DNA from: Dehalococcoidia bacterium
GTDB taxonomy: Bacteria; Chloroflexota; Dehalococcoidia; Lucifugimonadales; Lucifugimonadaceae
Length of the DNA: 64,000 nucleotides
Direction: 5' to 3'
Assembly (NCBI GenBank): GCA_965205245.1
Contig: CBDBGE010000005.1
Location: 888,770-952,769, forward strand
How positions within the stretch are numbered: position 1 is the first letter of the stretch; each line of letters begins with the position of its first letter. Position numbers and translations under genes: made by a program. The notes beneath the pieces are model-generated. The model had not been told where the DNA came from. It was given only the letters and a program-made list of their open reading frames with translations, and did no database searches. This document shows positions 1-10,094 of the stretch, in pieces.

Positions 1-290
1 TCGACCAGGAGAAGTGCCAGGGTCTGGGCGCTGTCCAGGCGTACTACGGGTCTGAAATACCCAGAGAGCAACTGGACATCTGCGCGCTGAACAAGACTGA
101 GCCGAACCGGGCCAAGCGCATTGCAAACAACTCCGCGGTGCAGGACTACATCTCGTACTGGCGATTGTTCCTGCCGCTCTCCGCGAAGTCGACCAACTAC
201 ATGATTGGTCCGAAAATCCTTACGTGGGAACCGCACGTCAACACGCAGCCATTCTTCATCGCTCCGTGGACCGTGTCGGTCGAACAGTAA
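1..290 (+). CDS. 5'-truncated CDS, probably the C-terminus of a family-5 ABC solute-binding protein
   Basis: Frame 3..290 is open to the window edge and ends at TAA 288-290 (...EPHVNTQPFFIAPWTVSVEQ*). It lies directly upstream of two DppB/DppC-type permease genes. Function is inferred from context only. Confidence 0.4.
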   Translation, partial: DQEKCQGLGAVQAYYGSEIPREQLDICALNKTEPNRAKRIANNSAVQDYISYWRLFLPLSAKSTNYMIGPKILTWEPHVNTQPFFIAPWTVSVEQ

Positions 291-318
291 AGCGGGTTCT
301 GTGACAAGGTAATGGAAG

Positions 319-349
319 GCGGGGGCCAGCTTGATGGGCTGGTCCCCGC
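319..349 (+). promoter_or_regulatory. GC-rich intercistronic stem-loop after the binding-protein gene
   Basis: GCGGGGGCCAGC-ttgatgg-GCTGGTCCCCGC forms 12 bp including one G.U pair. There is no U-tract. Confidence 0.4.
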
Positions 350-395
350 ACCCATTCCGGGTGACCCTGAAAAACCGTAAGTTCAGGGGCCAGTC

Positions 396-1319
396 TTGCG
401 AAAATACATAATCAGACGCCTCCTGTACGGAATCGTCCTTCTATTTGTTTCCACGGTGTTCATCTTCGCGCTGTCACGCGCCGGTGGCCGGGACCCTCGC
501 GCGATGTACATGAGCGAGAACATCGCCGGTCGGGAAGCGTGGGAGGCCCTGGGCAGGGAGATGGGCCTTCACCGCCCTTTGCCCGTACAGTACGGAATAT
601 GGATGGGTGGAGTCTTTCGCGGCGACTTCGGCACATCGGTCAGGGAACAGCGGGACGCCATGGACGTGGTCCTGGAACGCCTCCCTGCAACGCTGCAACT
701 GGCGGTAGGCGCCATGGCATTCACCGTCCTGCTGGGCGTTCCGCTGGGAGTCCTCTCTGCGGTGAGGCGGAGTTCTCTGTGGGACTACTCGGGCAGGGTT
801 TTCGCCCTGTTGGGCCAAGCGATGCCGGCCTTCTGGCTGGGGATCATGCTGATCATCATCTTCAGTGTCCAGTTCGACCTCCTTCCATCGGGACGCCGGG
901 GAGGGCTCGATCACTACATACTGCCGTCTATCACCGTCGGGTGGTTCACCGCAGCGGGCCTGCTGCGGCTCATGCGTTCCGCCATGCTGGAAATCCTCGA
1001 TTCCGAGTTCGTTACGTACGCGCGTGCCAAGGGTGTGGCCAGTCAGTTGCTTGTATGGAAGCACGCATTCAGAAACGCGCTGATTCCACCACTGACCTAC
1101 GCCGGCTTGCTTCTTGGTTCGTTTCTCACCGGCACCGTCATCGCCGAGCGCGTATTCGCCTGGCCGGGGATCGGCAGGTTAGCCGTGCAGGCCGTCCTCG
1201 ATAACGACTTCCCGATCATGGCGGCCACTATGCTCATCTTCACCACGATCTACGTTGGGACGTCCCTGGTAGTGGACCTGCTGTACGCCTACGTAGACCC
1301 CCGGATTCGTTACGACTAA
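396..1319 (+). CDS. ABC transporter permease, DppB/OppB type
   Basis: 307 aa polytopic protein. The N-terminus MRKYIIRRLLYGIVLLF and the C-terminus ...DLLYAYVDPRIRY are typical of peptide/nickel-family permeases. TTG start. Confidence 0.9.
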   Translation: MRKYIIRRLLYGIVLLFVSTVFIFALSRAGGRDPRAMYMSENIAGREAWEALGREMGLHRPLPVQYGIWMGGVFRGDFGTSVREQRDAMDVVLERLPATLQLAVGAMAFTVLLGVPLGVLSAVRRSSLWDYSGRVFALLGQAMPAFWLGIMLIIIFSVQFDLLPSGRRGGLDHYILPSITVGWFTAAGLLRLMRSAMLEILDSEFVTYARAKGVASQLLVWKHAFRNALIPPLTYAGLLLGSFLTGTVIAERVFAWPGIGRLAVQAVLDNDFPIMAATMLIFTTIYVGTSLVVDLLYAYVDPRIRYD

Positions 1320-1322
1320 CCC

Positions 1323-2226
1323 ATGGCGCTCGAACAGGCAATAGAACTTGAACGGCTTGAACGGCGCGGCATAATGAATTGGGGCGCCATCAGGTTCATG
1401 CGGGAGTGGCCGGTAATACCGGCCGCCATCCTGGTGGTCTTCGCCGTGTTTGCGATTTTTGCGCCGCTGTTGTCGCCGCACGACCCCACGCACGGCCAAC
1501 TGAATGAACGGGCGACTCCTCCGGCCTGGTTGGAGGGAGGATCCACAAGATTCCTGCTCGGTTCCGACACACTCGGCCGCGACGTCTTCAGCAGGATCGT
1601 CTACGGGACCCGGCTTTCCCTCGCCGTGGCGGGCATAGTCCTTGTCGGCGGCGCAGTCGGAGGCACGGCGCTTGGCATGATCTCCGGGTGGTCCGGAGGT
1701 CAGATCGACGAAATCCTGATGCGCATCGTGGACTTCATGATGGCCACGCCCTTCATCCTTGTCGCCCTGGTCCTTGTGATCGTCTTCGGGCCCAGCGTCG
1801 AATTGATCATCATGCTCCTGATCGTGTTCAGTTGGGACAGCTTCGCGCGTCAAATTCGCGGTGAGACCCTCCAACTCAAGACCCGCGACTACATCGCCAG
1901 CCGCCCAGATTTCCGGCGCATCGACCTACAGAATCCTCTTCAGGCACCTGCTGCCGGGCGTGATCAACACGGTGCTGGTCATCATGTCCCTGCGCGTGGG
2001 TAACCTGATAATCACCGAATCGATTCTCAGCTACCTCGGCGTTGGCATACCCCCACCGACGCCGGCCTGGGGCCTGATGGTGGCGGAAGGACGCGACTAC
2101 CTGAACACGGCGTGGTGGATCTCGTTCTTCCCAGGTCTCGCGATCCTGTTCACAGTCCTCGCCTTCAATTTCCTTGGCGACTGGATGCGCGACCGGTTCG
2201 ACCCTCGCCTCCGCCAGCAGATTTGA
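1323..2226 (+). pseudogene. ABC transporter permease, DppC/OppC type, interrupted by a 1-nt frameshift
   Basis: ORFs 1323..2003 and 1861..2226 together make one complete permease. The junction DYIA|AAQISGASTYRILFRHLLPG is restored by deleting one base near 1899. Confidence 0.8.
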
Positions 2227-2247
2227 GCGAAAAAGGTCTCGTCGCAT

Positions 2248-2652
2248 TCAGGCGAGCAATGCCACCCCTTCAGCAGTGGCGGCGCGACTGATCGCTCGGT
2301 CCAGCGTGGCGAGTTCTGCCGCTTCCCTCATTGCCAATTCAAGGTAAAGAGCGTCGTACATAGAGAGCCGGTGCATTTTTGCCAAGTCGAAGGCGATCTG
2401 AAGATCGGGTTCCATGTCAGTTCTGACAGGGAGCTCCTTCAGTGCATCCAGACGTTCACCGATATCCATCGACGAGAGGCGTCCGCGGCGCTCAGCCGTG
2501 AGAAAGGCATTGCGCGTCTCCAAGTGCCAAAGAAAAGGTACCGTGGCGCCATCCATTACCAGTCTTTCCAGAGCTCTATCTGCGCGTGAATCATCTTCGT
2601 CATCGAATAACCACGTCACTACGATCGAGGCGTCGACGACTAGACCGTTCAC
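2248..2652 (-). CDS. vapC: PIN-domain toxin (VapC-like)
   Basis: 134 aa. The N-terminal VVDASIVVTWLFDDED and overall layout fit a PIN ribonuclease. The GTG start overlaps the antitoxin stop (GTGA). Confidence 0.8.
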   Translation of the reverse strand: MNGLVVDASIVVTWLFDDEDDSRADRALERLVMDGATVPFLWHLETRNAFLTAERRGRLSSMDIGERLDALKELPVRTDMEPDLQIAFDLAKMHRLSMYDALYLELAMREAAELATLDRAISRAATAEGVALLA

Positions 2653-2900
2653 AGGCGATGGCCTTCATGTCGCCATGCCAGAATCTCATCAGGAGAAATC
2701 TCGACGCGCCTCCAACCAGCACGGCGGCGGCGGAAACGCTCTACGGCCTTTTTCCGGCTTGCACGGTCCTGTGAATCTGCCGGAACCAGTTGAGCAACCG
2801 GCTTCCCGTGCCGAGTAATAGTGATGGCCTCACCATGCTCGACCGCCCGAAGAAGTTCGGCTAGGCGGGTCTTGGCTTCAGTTGCTTGGATTTCACGCAT
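2649..2900 (-). CDS. Phd/YefM-type antitoxin (VapB partner)
   Basis: MREIQATEAKTRLAELLRAVEHGEAITITRHGKPVAQLVP is a classic Phd/YefM N-terminus. I prefer the ATG at 2900 over the TTG at 2912. It overlaps the toxin gene by 4 nt. Confidence 0.75.
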   Translation of the reverse strand: MREIQATEAKTRLAELLRAVEHGEAITITRHGKPVAQLVPADSQDRASRKKAVERFRRRRAGWRRVEISPDEILAWRHEGHRL

Positions 2901-3052
2901 TTCACATTCCAACCAGTTATTTTAACCATACCTTATTCCTACCGGGTGCCTGGGGCAACAAATCTTGTGTGTCATGTCGGATGCGATTTTCCCACCCTCG
3001 GGGTGCAACAAACGGTGACCTCCGCCGTCTGGAGCTCTGACTGACGGCCAAG

Positions 3053-3082
3053 TTGACTACGTTTCCAGCTTGCGCGTAGTAT
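3053..3082 (+). promoter_or_regulatory. candidate sigma-70-type promoter for the binding-protein gene
   Basis: TTGACT (3053-3058), an 18-nt spacer, then TAGTAT (3077-3082). This lies about 120 nt upstream of the GTG at 3204. Confidence 0.35.
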
Positions 3083-3203
3083 CGCAGCCGTGTCCCATCT
3101 GCGGCGGCACGTACGGATGACCGAGTTTAAGATCGCTCCGTCTTCTCCACATGTCCGGCGCCATGCAACGCCGCCGGCCGCAAGAATTGCGAGAGGTGAT
3201 TCA

Positions 3204-5146
3204 GTGCGAAAACGAGACATGTTCAATTTCTGGGCTATAGCAGTGGTACTGGCCATCGCTGCGGTAGCTCTGTTCGCTGCCTGCGCCGGCGAAGAAGCTG
3301 CCGACCCAACGGCTACGTCCGCGCCTCAGCCTACCGCCACTACCGCGCCGCAAACGGAAGCGACTGCGGCCCCACAGCCAACGGCCACGACGGCGCCACA
3401 GGCGACCGCCGCGCCGACACAGGCTCCGGACGAACCTTCAGAGCCGAAGGACGTGCCCCGCAACCGGACATTCATTGGCGGAAAACTCGGAGAGTCGTTG
3501 GCGCCGGACCCCGAGAACCTCAACCCGTACTACTCGGGCCTGATGGCCGCAGGTCTCCATTTCCTGTACGAGTCGCTGTACTACCTCAACATCTTCGACG
3601 GTGAACTCAAGCCGTGGCTGGCCGATGGGCAGCCGGATTGGAACGACGACTTCACCTCAGTCACGGTGAACCTCAAGGAGGGCATCAAGTGGAGCGACGG
3701 CGAAGCGTTCACGGCAGACGACGTGGTCTTCTCGGTGAACATGGTGATGGAACACCCGACGATGCTCTACTCGCCGAGCCTTAACGAGTTCACCGAAGCC
3801 GTCACCGCCGTGAACGACACCACCGTGCGGTTCGACCTCAAAAAGGCGAACCCCCGGTACATGCTCGACTACTACGGCGCTCACTTCTTCAACGCCATCC
3901 GATTCGTGCCGGAGCACATTTGGAAGGACGTAGAAGACAAAGAGACCTTCAAGAACAACGATCCAGACGCCGGGCTACCGGTGGCCACCGGACCCTACAA
4001 GTACGTGCGCTCCGGTGACACGGAGGCGATCTGGGACGTCCGTGACGACTGGTGGGGAATCGAGACCGGATTTAAGCCCCGTCCGCAGGTTGAAAGGGTG
4101 ATCTGGATCCCACTGGGAACGCCGGACCGGCAGATTGCGCTGGCCGTTGCCAACGACGTGGACTGGCCTGAGACCTTCAGCGCCGGCCCGTTCGAGAGCA
4201 TCCTGGCCCAGAACCCCAACTGGCGCGCCTTCACGGAAGACCGGCCGTACGGTTACATCGACGCGTGTCCATTCGCCATGCACATAAACCACCAGAGCGG
4301 CGCCCTTTCGGACCCCGCTGTCAGGAAGGCGGTCAACTGGGCCATCGACAAAGCCAAGTTCGTCAATCTCGCTCACGAGGGGGTAACGCCGACCTCCGGG
4401 CCGGACAGTTGGCTCGAGCCGTTCATCTGGCCGAACCTCGGCAACCTGCCACATTCAGGGACAATAACCGGGACATCATCGATAAGTACGAAGTCGAACT
4501 CCACAGCCCGGACAGGGCCAGGGAGATCCTGGAACAGGCCGGTTATTCCGAAGGCTCGGATGGATTCAGAGTTGGACCGAATGGTGAAAAGCTGTCGGTG
4601 ACCATCTCGTGGGTACCAACCGGTTACGTTGAATTCCCGGCGCCTGTCGAGTCGCTCGTCAATGACCTCAGGGATGTGGGCTTCGACGCTGCTCAGAAGC
4701 AGATCCAGTGGGGTGCATTCGGCGACATCTACACAGGAGGCTTCGACCTGGCCCTGATATGGGTGTGCGGAAGCACCAAGGACCCATACGCGACGCTCGA
4801 CGGGTTCCACCCGAAATACGTGCCGGACGACCCGACGGAACGCGTCGGGAGCTTCTCACCAAGCCGGTGGACCGGACCGATCGCCGAGCAGTACGGAGAG
4901 GTGGTCGACCAAATGGCCCAGATCCACCCCGACGACATAGATGCCCTGGACCCGCTGGTACGTGAGGCGATGGACCTGTGGTTGTCGGAAATGGTGGCTG
5001 TGCCGCTGTTCCAGTTGCCGTCGATTCGGCCCTATAACGGCACCTACTGGAAAGGGTTCCCGACTGACGAGAACCCGTACAACATCCCGTTCCTCGGCTG
5101 GCAGTCCGGCATAACCATCATCACTGCCATGGAACCCACTCAGTAA
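3204..5146 (+). pseudogene. family-5 ABC solute-binding lipoprotein, interrupted by a 1-nt frameshift
   Basis: An RBS (GAGAGGTGA) precedes GTG 3204. The signal peptide carries the lipobox ...ALFAAC. The body continues in ORF 3090..4601, then switches to ORF 4265..5146 near 4440 (+/-20), reading ...FRDNNRDIIDKYEVELHSPDRAREILEQAGY.... Confidence 0.8.
3303..3446 (+). repeat. Thr/Ala/Pro-rich low-complexity linker after the lipobox Cys
   Basis: DPTATSAPQPTATTAPQTEATAAPQPTATTAPQATAAPTQAPDEPSEP. The unit PQPTATTAPQ occurs twice. Confidence 0.7.
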
Positions 5147-5151
5147 CGGAC

Positions 5152-5184
5152 AAGGCCGGGGGCTGCGAGCCGACCCCCGGCCTT
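5152..5184 (+). terminator. strong GC hairpin after the binding-protein gene (partial terminator or mRNA stabiliser)
   Basis: AAGGCCGGGGG with an 11-nt loop and CCCCCGGCCTT gives 11 perfect bp. It is followed by attcc, a poor U-tract. Confidence 0.45.
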
Positions 5185-5392
5185 ATTCCAGCCCACCAGG
5201 TTTGGTTAAGTCCGCGATGAGGCTACGAGCGTCCTGTCGTTATCGACCGGGCCCGGTGTAGTACTTGCGGTGTACATAGAGATGACGGCGATCAGAGGGC
5301 GGCTGGCAACGGTCGCCGTAGCACGGGCGTCTCTGGGTGCGGACCTCCATTTGAACTTCTGCAGATATGTTGCCGGCCGGAGCGTTTGTTGA

Positions 5393-6397
5393 ATGGGACT
5401 GACCGCAGGATACGTTAGCCGGCGCGTACTACTTTTTCTGGTAGTCGTTTGGGCTGCGGCTTCGATAAATTTCGTCGTTCCACGCCTCGCGCCAGGCGAT
5501 CCCACGGCAGCAATCGTGGCGCGCCTCGAGTCCCAGGGGGGCCGCGTTGAAAACTCAAAGGCGCTGATCCAGGCGTACAGGGAGAAATTCGGGCTCGACA
5601 AGCCGATACTGCTTCAGTACGGCCTGTACCTGAGGAGTTTGCCCAACTTCGACCTTGGTTTCTCCATCAGCTTTTTCCCGACAACGGTAACCGGTCTCAT
5701 CGCCCGGCACCTTCCCTGGACGGTTGGCCTTCTTCTGACCAGCCTCTTCTTTTCATTCGCCGTGGGCAGCATACTGGGGGCGCTTATGGTTTGGCCCAGG
5801 AGCGCGCGGGCATTGAAGGTGGTCGCTCCGTTCACGATGGTCATGGCCGCGATTCCCTACTATCTGATGGCCCTATTGTTGCTCTGGGGACTGGCCTTTA
5901 CGTTTTCCATATTCCCTATATTCGGCGCGGCGGCCATCGGAAGCGAACTGAAAGGATTCGCCAGGTTTGGGGAGATCCTTTACTTCTCTACCCTTCCAGC
6001 GCTTTCGATCGTCATATCGAGCATCGGGCTATGGGCCGTGACCATGAGGGGCATCATGGTGAGTACCCTGGGTGAAGACTTTCTCACCCTGGCCGAGGCG
6101 AAAGGGTTAAGGGGTCCGCGCATCTTTTTCTGGTACGGCATGCGTAACGCCATGCTGCCCCAGGTCACCGGGCTCGCCATCGCCATAGGGCAGGTAATGG
6201 CGGGGTCCGTGATTGTGGAAGTCCTGTTTTCCTACCCCGGGGTCGGACACCTGTTATTCGAGGCGATACGCACGAATGACTATCCGGTTATCCAGGGGAT
6301 CACGTTTTTGCTCGTAGTATCGGCGGCAGGGGCTGTCCTCATCATGGACTTGATGTATCCGCGCCTCGATCCCCGCATCAGTTACGCAGCGAAGTGA
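5393..6397 (+). CDS. ABC transporter permease, DppB/OppB type
   Basis: 334 aa polytopic protein ending ...MDLMYPRLDPRISY. It is a paralog of 396..1319. Confidence 0.9.
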   Translation: MGLTAGYVSRRVLLFLVVVWAAASINFVVPRLAPGDPTAAIVARLESQGGRVENSKALIQAYREKFGLDKPILLQYGLYLRSLPNFDLGFSISFFPTTVTGLIARHLPWTVGLLLTSLFFSFAVGSILGALMVWPRSARALKVVAPFTMVMAAIPYYLMALLLLWGLAFTFSIFPIFGAAAIGSELKGFARFGEILYFSTLPALSIVISSIGLWAVTMRGIMVSTLGEDFLTLAEAKGLRGPRIFFWYGMRNAMLPQVTGLAIAIGQVMAGSVIVEVLFSYPGVGHLLFEAIRTNDYPVIQGITFLLVVSAAGAVLIMDLMYPRLDPRISYAAK

Positions 6398-6400
6398 CAC

Positions 6401-7330
6401 ATGGCCACTGAAGCTCAGACACCACAGATGCCGTCGCGCCCGGGTAACGTGAACCTGTTTGGCGCATTCGGACTGTTACGCCGGATACTGTTTCGCAGTT
6501 GGCCGATGACAGCCGGGGTCGCGATCATCGGGGCATTCCTGATAGGCGGCTGGCTTGGTCCGGTGATACTGGGGCACGAGAAGATCGAACTCGGCGCCGG
6601 AGACTTTGCCGCAAATGCCTCCGGTGAACACTGGCTGGGAACAGACACGTTTGGTCGCGATATCTTCGTTTTCAGCTTCCACGCGCTTCTGCCGACATTG
6701 ACCATCGGCATCATTGCCGGCGGCGCGGCGACGGGAGCTGGCGTAATCCTGGGCCTCATCTCCGGCTACATACGCGGTCCCGTGGACACGGTGATCCGCA
6801 CCATGTCGGACATCGCTATGACCATCCCCTCGCTGGCAGTGCTGATCGTGATCGCCGCCTACGTTCGGACCACGAGCATCGAGATGATGGCCCTCGTGGT
6901 GGCTATCTTCGCCTGGCCGTGGGCGACGCGGGTGATACGCGCCCAGACTCTCACATTGCGGGAAAAAGCATTCGTGACCGTCTCGAAACTGTCCGGCGAG
7001 GGAGAACTGGAGATCGCGTTCAAACAGATCTTCCCGAACCTTCTGCCTTACGTGATGTCTGCATTCGCAGGCACCGTCAACACTGGCATCCTCGCGGCCG
7101 TCGGACTACAGATCCTGGGTCTCGGGCCCGTGGACACGCCGTCACTGGGACTGATGCTGGACGAGTCGTTCCGGGCGGGGGCGTTGATTCGAGGACTATG
7201 GTGGTGGTGGCTGCCGCCAACCGTCTTGCTCGCGTTCCTATTCATCGGCGTCTTCCTGCTCACGGTGGGACTCGACGAAATCGCCAATCCCCGCCTACAG
7301 GCAAGCAAGGGACAAACGGAGGTCGAGTGA
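6401..7330 (+). CDS. ABC transporter permease, DppC/OppC type
   Basis: 309 aa with HWLGTDTFGRDIF and a C-terminal ...GLDEIANPRL, typical of OppC/DppC. Confidence 0.9.
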   Translation: MATEAQTPQMPSRPGNVNLFGAFGLLRRILFRSWPMTAGVAIIGAFLIGGWLGPVILGHEKIELGAGDFAANASGEHWLGTDTFGRDIFVFSFHALLPTLTIGIIAGGAATGAGVILGLISGYIRGPVDTVIRTMSDIAMTIPSLAVLIVIAAYVRTTSIEMMALVVAIFAWPWATRVIRAQTLTLREKAFVTVSKLSGEGELEIAFKQIFPNLLPYVMSAFAGTVNTGILAAVGLQILGLGPVDTPSLGLMLDESFRAGALIRGLWWWWLPPTVLLAFLFIGVFLLTVGLDEIANPRLQASKGQTEVE

Positions 7331-7409
7331 TGTCGAGATCGGACCACCTGCTCTTTAACTCGCGCCGTGAGCGCGCTCAGGCCGGACGGTGATCGAAAGG
7401 ACCCAAGAC

Positions 7410-8282
7410 ATGTCAAACAGGCGCACGAACTGGGGCCGTTGGGGAGAGTCGGATGAGCGGGGCATGCTCAACGAACTCACCCCGGACCGCGTCATGGCGG
7501 CCCTTGCCCTGGTCGGCACCGGCAAGGTCTACAGCCTCGGCGCGCCCGTCGGGCCGGACGGGCCTGTCCACGCGACTCGCAATAAGTCCTGGCACATCAT
7601 GAACGTCATCAACAACAATCCTGAGCCGGGCGGTGAAGGCGGCGCAGACGACATCCTCGTCACCCAGTGCCACGCCTCCACGCACATCGACGCCCTTTGC
7701 CACGCATGGAAGAACAGCGAGCTATACAACGGTCACCCGGCAAGTGAAGTAACCCCGGAGGGCGCGCATAAGTGCGGCGTCCAGAACGTTCAATGGGTCA
7801 TCACCAGGGGCGTGATGCTGGACATACCCGGCCTGAAGGGCCTCGACCGCGTTGACGGCAGGTACGCCGTCACTCCTCAAGACCTCGACGATGCCGCCGA
7901 CCGGCAGGAGTCGGAAATCAGGCCTGGGGACGCCGTCCTTGTAAGGACCGGTTGGTATAAGACGTACGCGGAGGGCGACGTCGATTTCGGCGGCGACTAC
8001 CCCGGCGTCAGCAGGACTGTGTGCGACTGGCTGTACAACCATGACGTAGTCGCTCTCGGCGCGGACAACGTCGCAGTCGAGATATTTCCCCCTGAACCGG
8101 AGTCGAACGGCGGCCTTCCGGTCCACCAGACCATGCTCAACGATCTGGGTGGATACCTGGTCGAATTTCTGAACCTGGAAGAGCTGGCAGAGGACAAGGT
8201 CTACGAGTTCCTGTTCGTAGCCGCTCCGCTCCGCATCAGCGGCGGCGTCGGCAGCCCGATAAACCCGTTGGCCATTGTCTGA
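7410..8282 (+). CDS. cyclase-family protein (kynurenine-formamidase-like metal hydrolase), paralog 1
   Basis: NWGRWGESDERGMLN... and the metal motif CHASTHIDALCH (H-x3-H-x-D-x3-H). An RBS (GAAAGGA) precedes ATG 7410. Confidence 0.8.
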   Translation: MSNRRTNWGRWGESDERGMLNELTPDRVMAALALVGTGKVYSLGAPVGPDGPVHATRNKSWHIMNVINNNPEPGGEGGADDILVTQCHASTHIDALCHAWKNSELYNGHPASEVTPEGAHKCGVQNVQWVITRGVMLDIPGLKGLDRVDGRYAVTPQDLDDAADRQESEIRPGDAVLVRTGWYKTYAEGDVDFGGDYPGVSRTVCDWLYNHDVVALGADNVAVEIFPPEPESNGGLPVHQTMLNDLGGYLVEFLNLEELAEDKVYEFLFVAAPLRISGGVGSPINPLAIV

Positions 8283-8317
8283 ACGGCAAGGAAATCACCA
8301 ACGGCTGTGACGGAAAC

Positions 8318-9187
8318 ATGAGCAGTATGCGGACATCCAACTGGGGGCGCTGGGGCGTCGAGGACGAACGCGGCACTCTAAACATGCTCACGCAGGAGCA
8401 CGTTGGGCAGGCCATCCGGATTCCAACCACCGGTAAGGTCTACAGCCTGGGCGCGCCGGTCGGACGGGAGGGACCGATCGGGCTGCGCAACGACACCCAC
8501 CACTACATGAGCATCATCGACAACGACCCATCACCGGGCGGCAAAGGGTCGGCCGATGATGTGCTGGTCACGCACTGCCACGCATCCACACACATCGACG
8601 GCCTCTGCCACATCTGGTACGACAGCAAGCTCTACAACGACCATTCCGCCTCTGAAGTGACACCAGCCGGAGCCCAGCGGTGCGGCATTCAAAACATCGA
8701 GTGGCTCATTTCTCGAGGCGTGCTGCTGGACATCGCAGCGTCAAAAGGCGTCAAACGACTTGAGAACGACTACGCCATTACCGGGGACGACCTGGATGCG
8801 GCGGCGAAGGCCCAGGGAATAGATATCCGCCCCGGCGACGTGCTCCTGATACGCACAGGCTGGTACACGCGTTACCTGGAGGGCACGGCCGACCTGCGCG
8901 GCGACTACCCGGGGCTTTGCGCGTCCGCGGCAGAGTGGATCACAGCCCACGACCTGTGCGCCATCGGCGCCGACAACGTGGCGGTGGAGATCTGGCCGCC
9001 CCAAATTCCCGACCGTGGACTGCCCATCCACAGGCTAATGCTGAGAGACCTCGGCGGATATCTGATGGAACTGATGAACCTGGAAGACCTCGCTCGCGAC
9101 GGCCACAACGAGTTTCTGTTCGTGGCCGCGCCGCTGAGAATTACCGGCGGCGTAGGTAGTCCAATCAACCCGTTAGCGATCGTGTGA
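8318..9187 (+). CDS. cyclase-family protein, paralog 2
   Basis: Collinear with paralog 1 along its full length. Motif CHASTHIDGLCH. Confidence 0.8.
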   Translation: MSSMRTSNWGRWGVEDERGTLNMLTQEHVGQAIRIPTTGKVYSLGAPVGREGPIGLRNDTHHYMSIIDNDPSPGGKGSADDVLVTHCHASTHIDGLCHIWYDSKLYNDHSASEVTPAGAQRCGIQNIEWLISRGVLLDIAASKGVKRLENDYAITGDDLDAAAKAQGIDIRPGDVLLIRTGWYTRYLEGTADLRGDYPGLCASAAEWITAHDLCAIGADNVAVEIWPPQIPDRGLPIHRLMLRDLGGYLMELMNLEDLARDGHNEFLFVAAPLRITGGVGSPINPLAIV

Positions 9188-9220
9188 TTGATCGACGGTA
9201 AACGCGAAATTGATCGACAA

Positions 9221-10090
9221 ATGAACGAGTTGCGGACATCAAACTGGGGGCGCTGGGGCGTCGATGACGAACGAGGCACGCTCAACTTGCTCACGCCTGA
9301 ACGCGTCACGCAGGCCATACGGACCCCGTCCCGCGGCAAGGTCTACAGCCTCGGCGCGCCTGTCGGCAGGGACGGCCCGATAATCGGTCAGCGCAATACC
9401 ACGCACCACTACATGAGCCGGATCAACAACGACCCATCGCCCGGAGGGCGCGGGTCTGCTGATGACGTTCTGGTCACTCACACCCACGCATCTACTCACA
9501 TCGACGGTCACGGCCACCTGTGGTACGACAACCAGCTTTATAACGGCCACCCGGCCTCGGCCATAACGCCTGACGGGGCAATTAGATGCGGCGTGCAGAA
9601 TGTAGATTGGATCGTCACCCGCGGCGTACTGCTCGATATCCCCACTGCAAAGGGCGTCTTCCGCCTGGAAAACGACTACGCGGTGACCGGGGACGACCTC
9701 GACATAGCGGCCGCGGCTAGTGCTGTGGAAGTCCGGCCGGCGGACGTTGTCCTGGTCCGAACGGGCTGGTACACGCGCTACCTGGACGGAACATCCGAAC
9801 CGAGGGCCGATTCGCCAGGACTAAGCGCATCGGCCGCGGAGTGGATAGCGTCACACGATCTGTGCGCCATCGGCGCCGACAACGCGGCCGTCGAGGTCTG
9901 GCCGCTGGAAACCCCGGGATGGGCGACTATTCACCGGTTGATGCTGAGAGACCTGGGCGGATACATCTTCGAATTCCTTAACCTGGAAGACCTCGCACGC
10001 GATCAAAGCTCCGAGTTCCTCTTCGTCGCCGCGCCGCTGAGGATTGCGGGCGGCGTCGGCAGCCCGATCAACCCCTTGGCGATCGTGTAG
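9221..10090 (+). CDS. cyclase-family protein, paralog 3
   Basis: Collinear with paralogs 1 and 2. The start MNELRTSNWGRWG was chosen by homology. The motif is THASTHIDGHGH, so both flanking Cys are replaced. Confidence 0.8.
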   Translation: MNELRTSNWGRWGVDDERGTLNLLTPERVTQAIRTPSRGKVYSLGAPVGRDGPIIGQRNTTHHYMSRINNDPSPGGRGSADDVLVTHTHASTHIDGHGHLWYDNQLYNGHPASAITPDGAIRCGVQNVDWIVTRGVLLDIPTAKGVFRLENDYAVTGDDLDIAAAASAVEVRPADVVLVRTGWYTRYLDGTSEPRADSPGLSASAAEWIASHDLCAIGADNAAVEVWPLETPGWATIHRLMLRDLGGYIFEFLNLEDLARDQSSEFLFVAAPLRIAGGVGSPINPLAIV

Positions 10091-10094
10091 GCCC

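Noticed and set aside
1890-1910. Programmed ribosomal frameshifting as an explanation for the split genes.
   Set aside because: There is no slippery heptamer or stimulatory structure at any of the five sites. The affected families are not known to use recoding, and the indels sit in or near short homopolymers.
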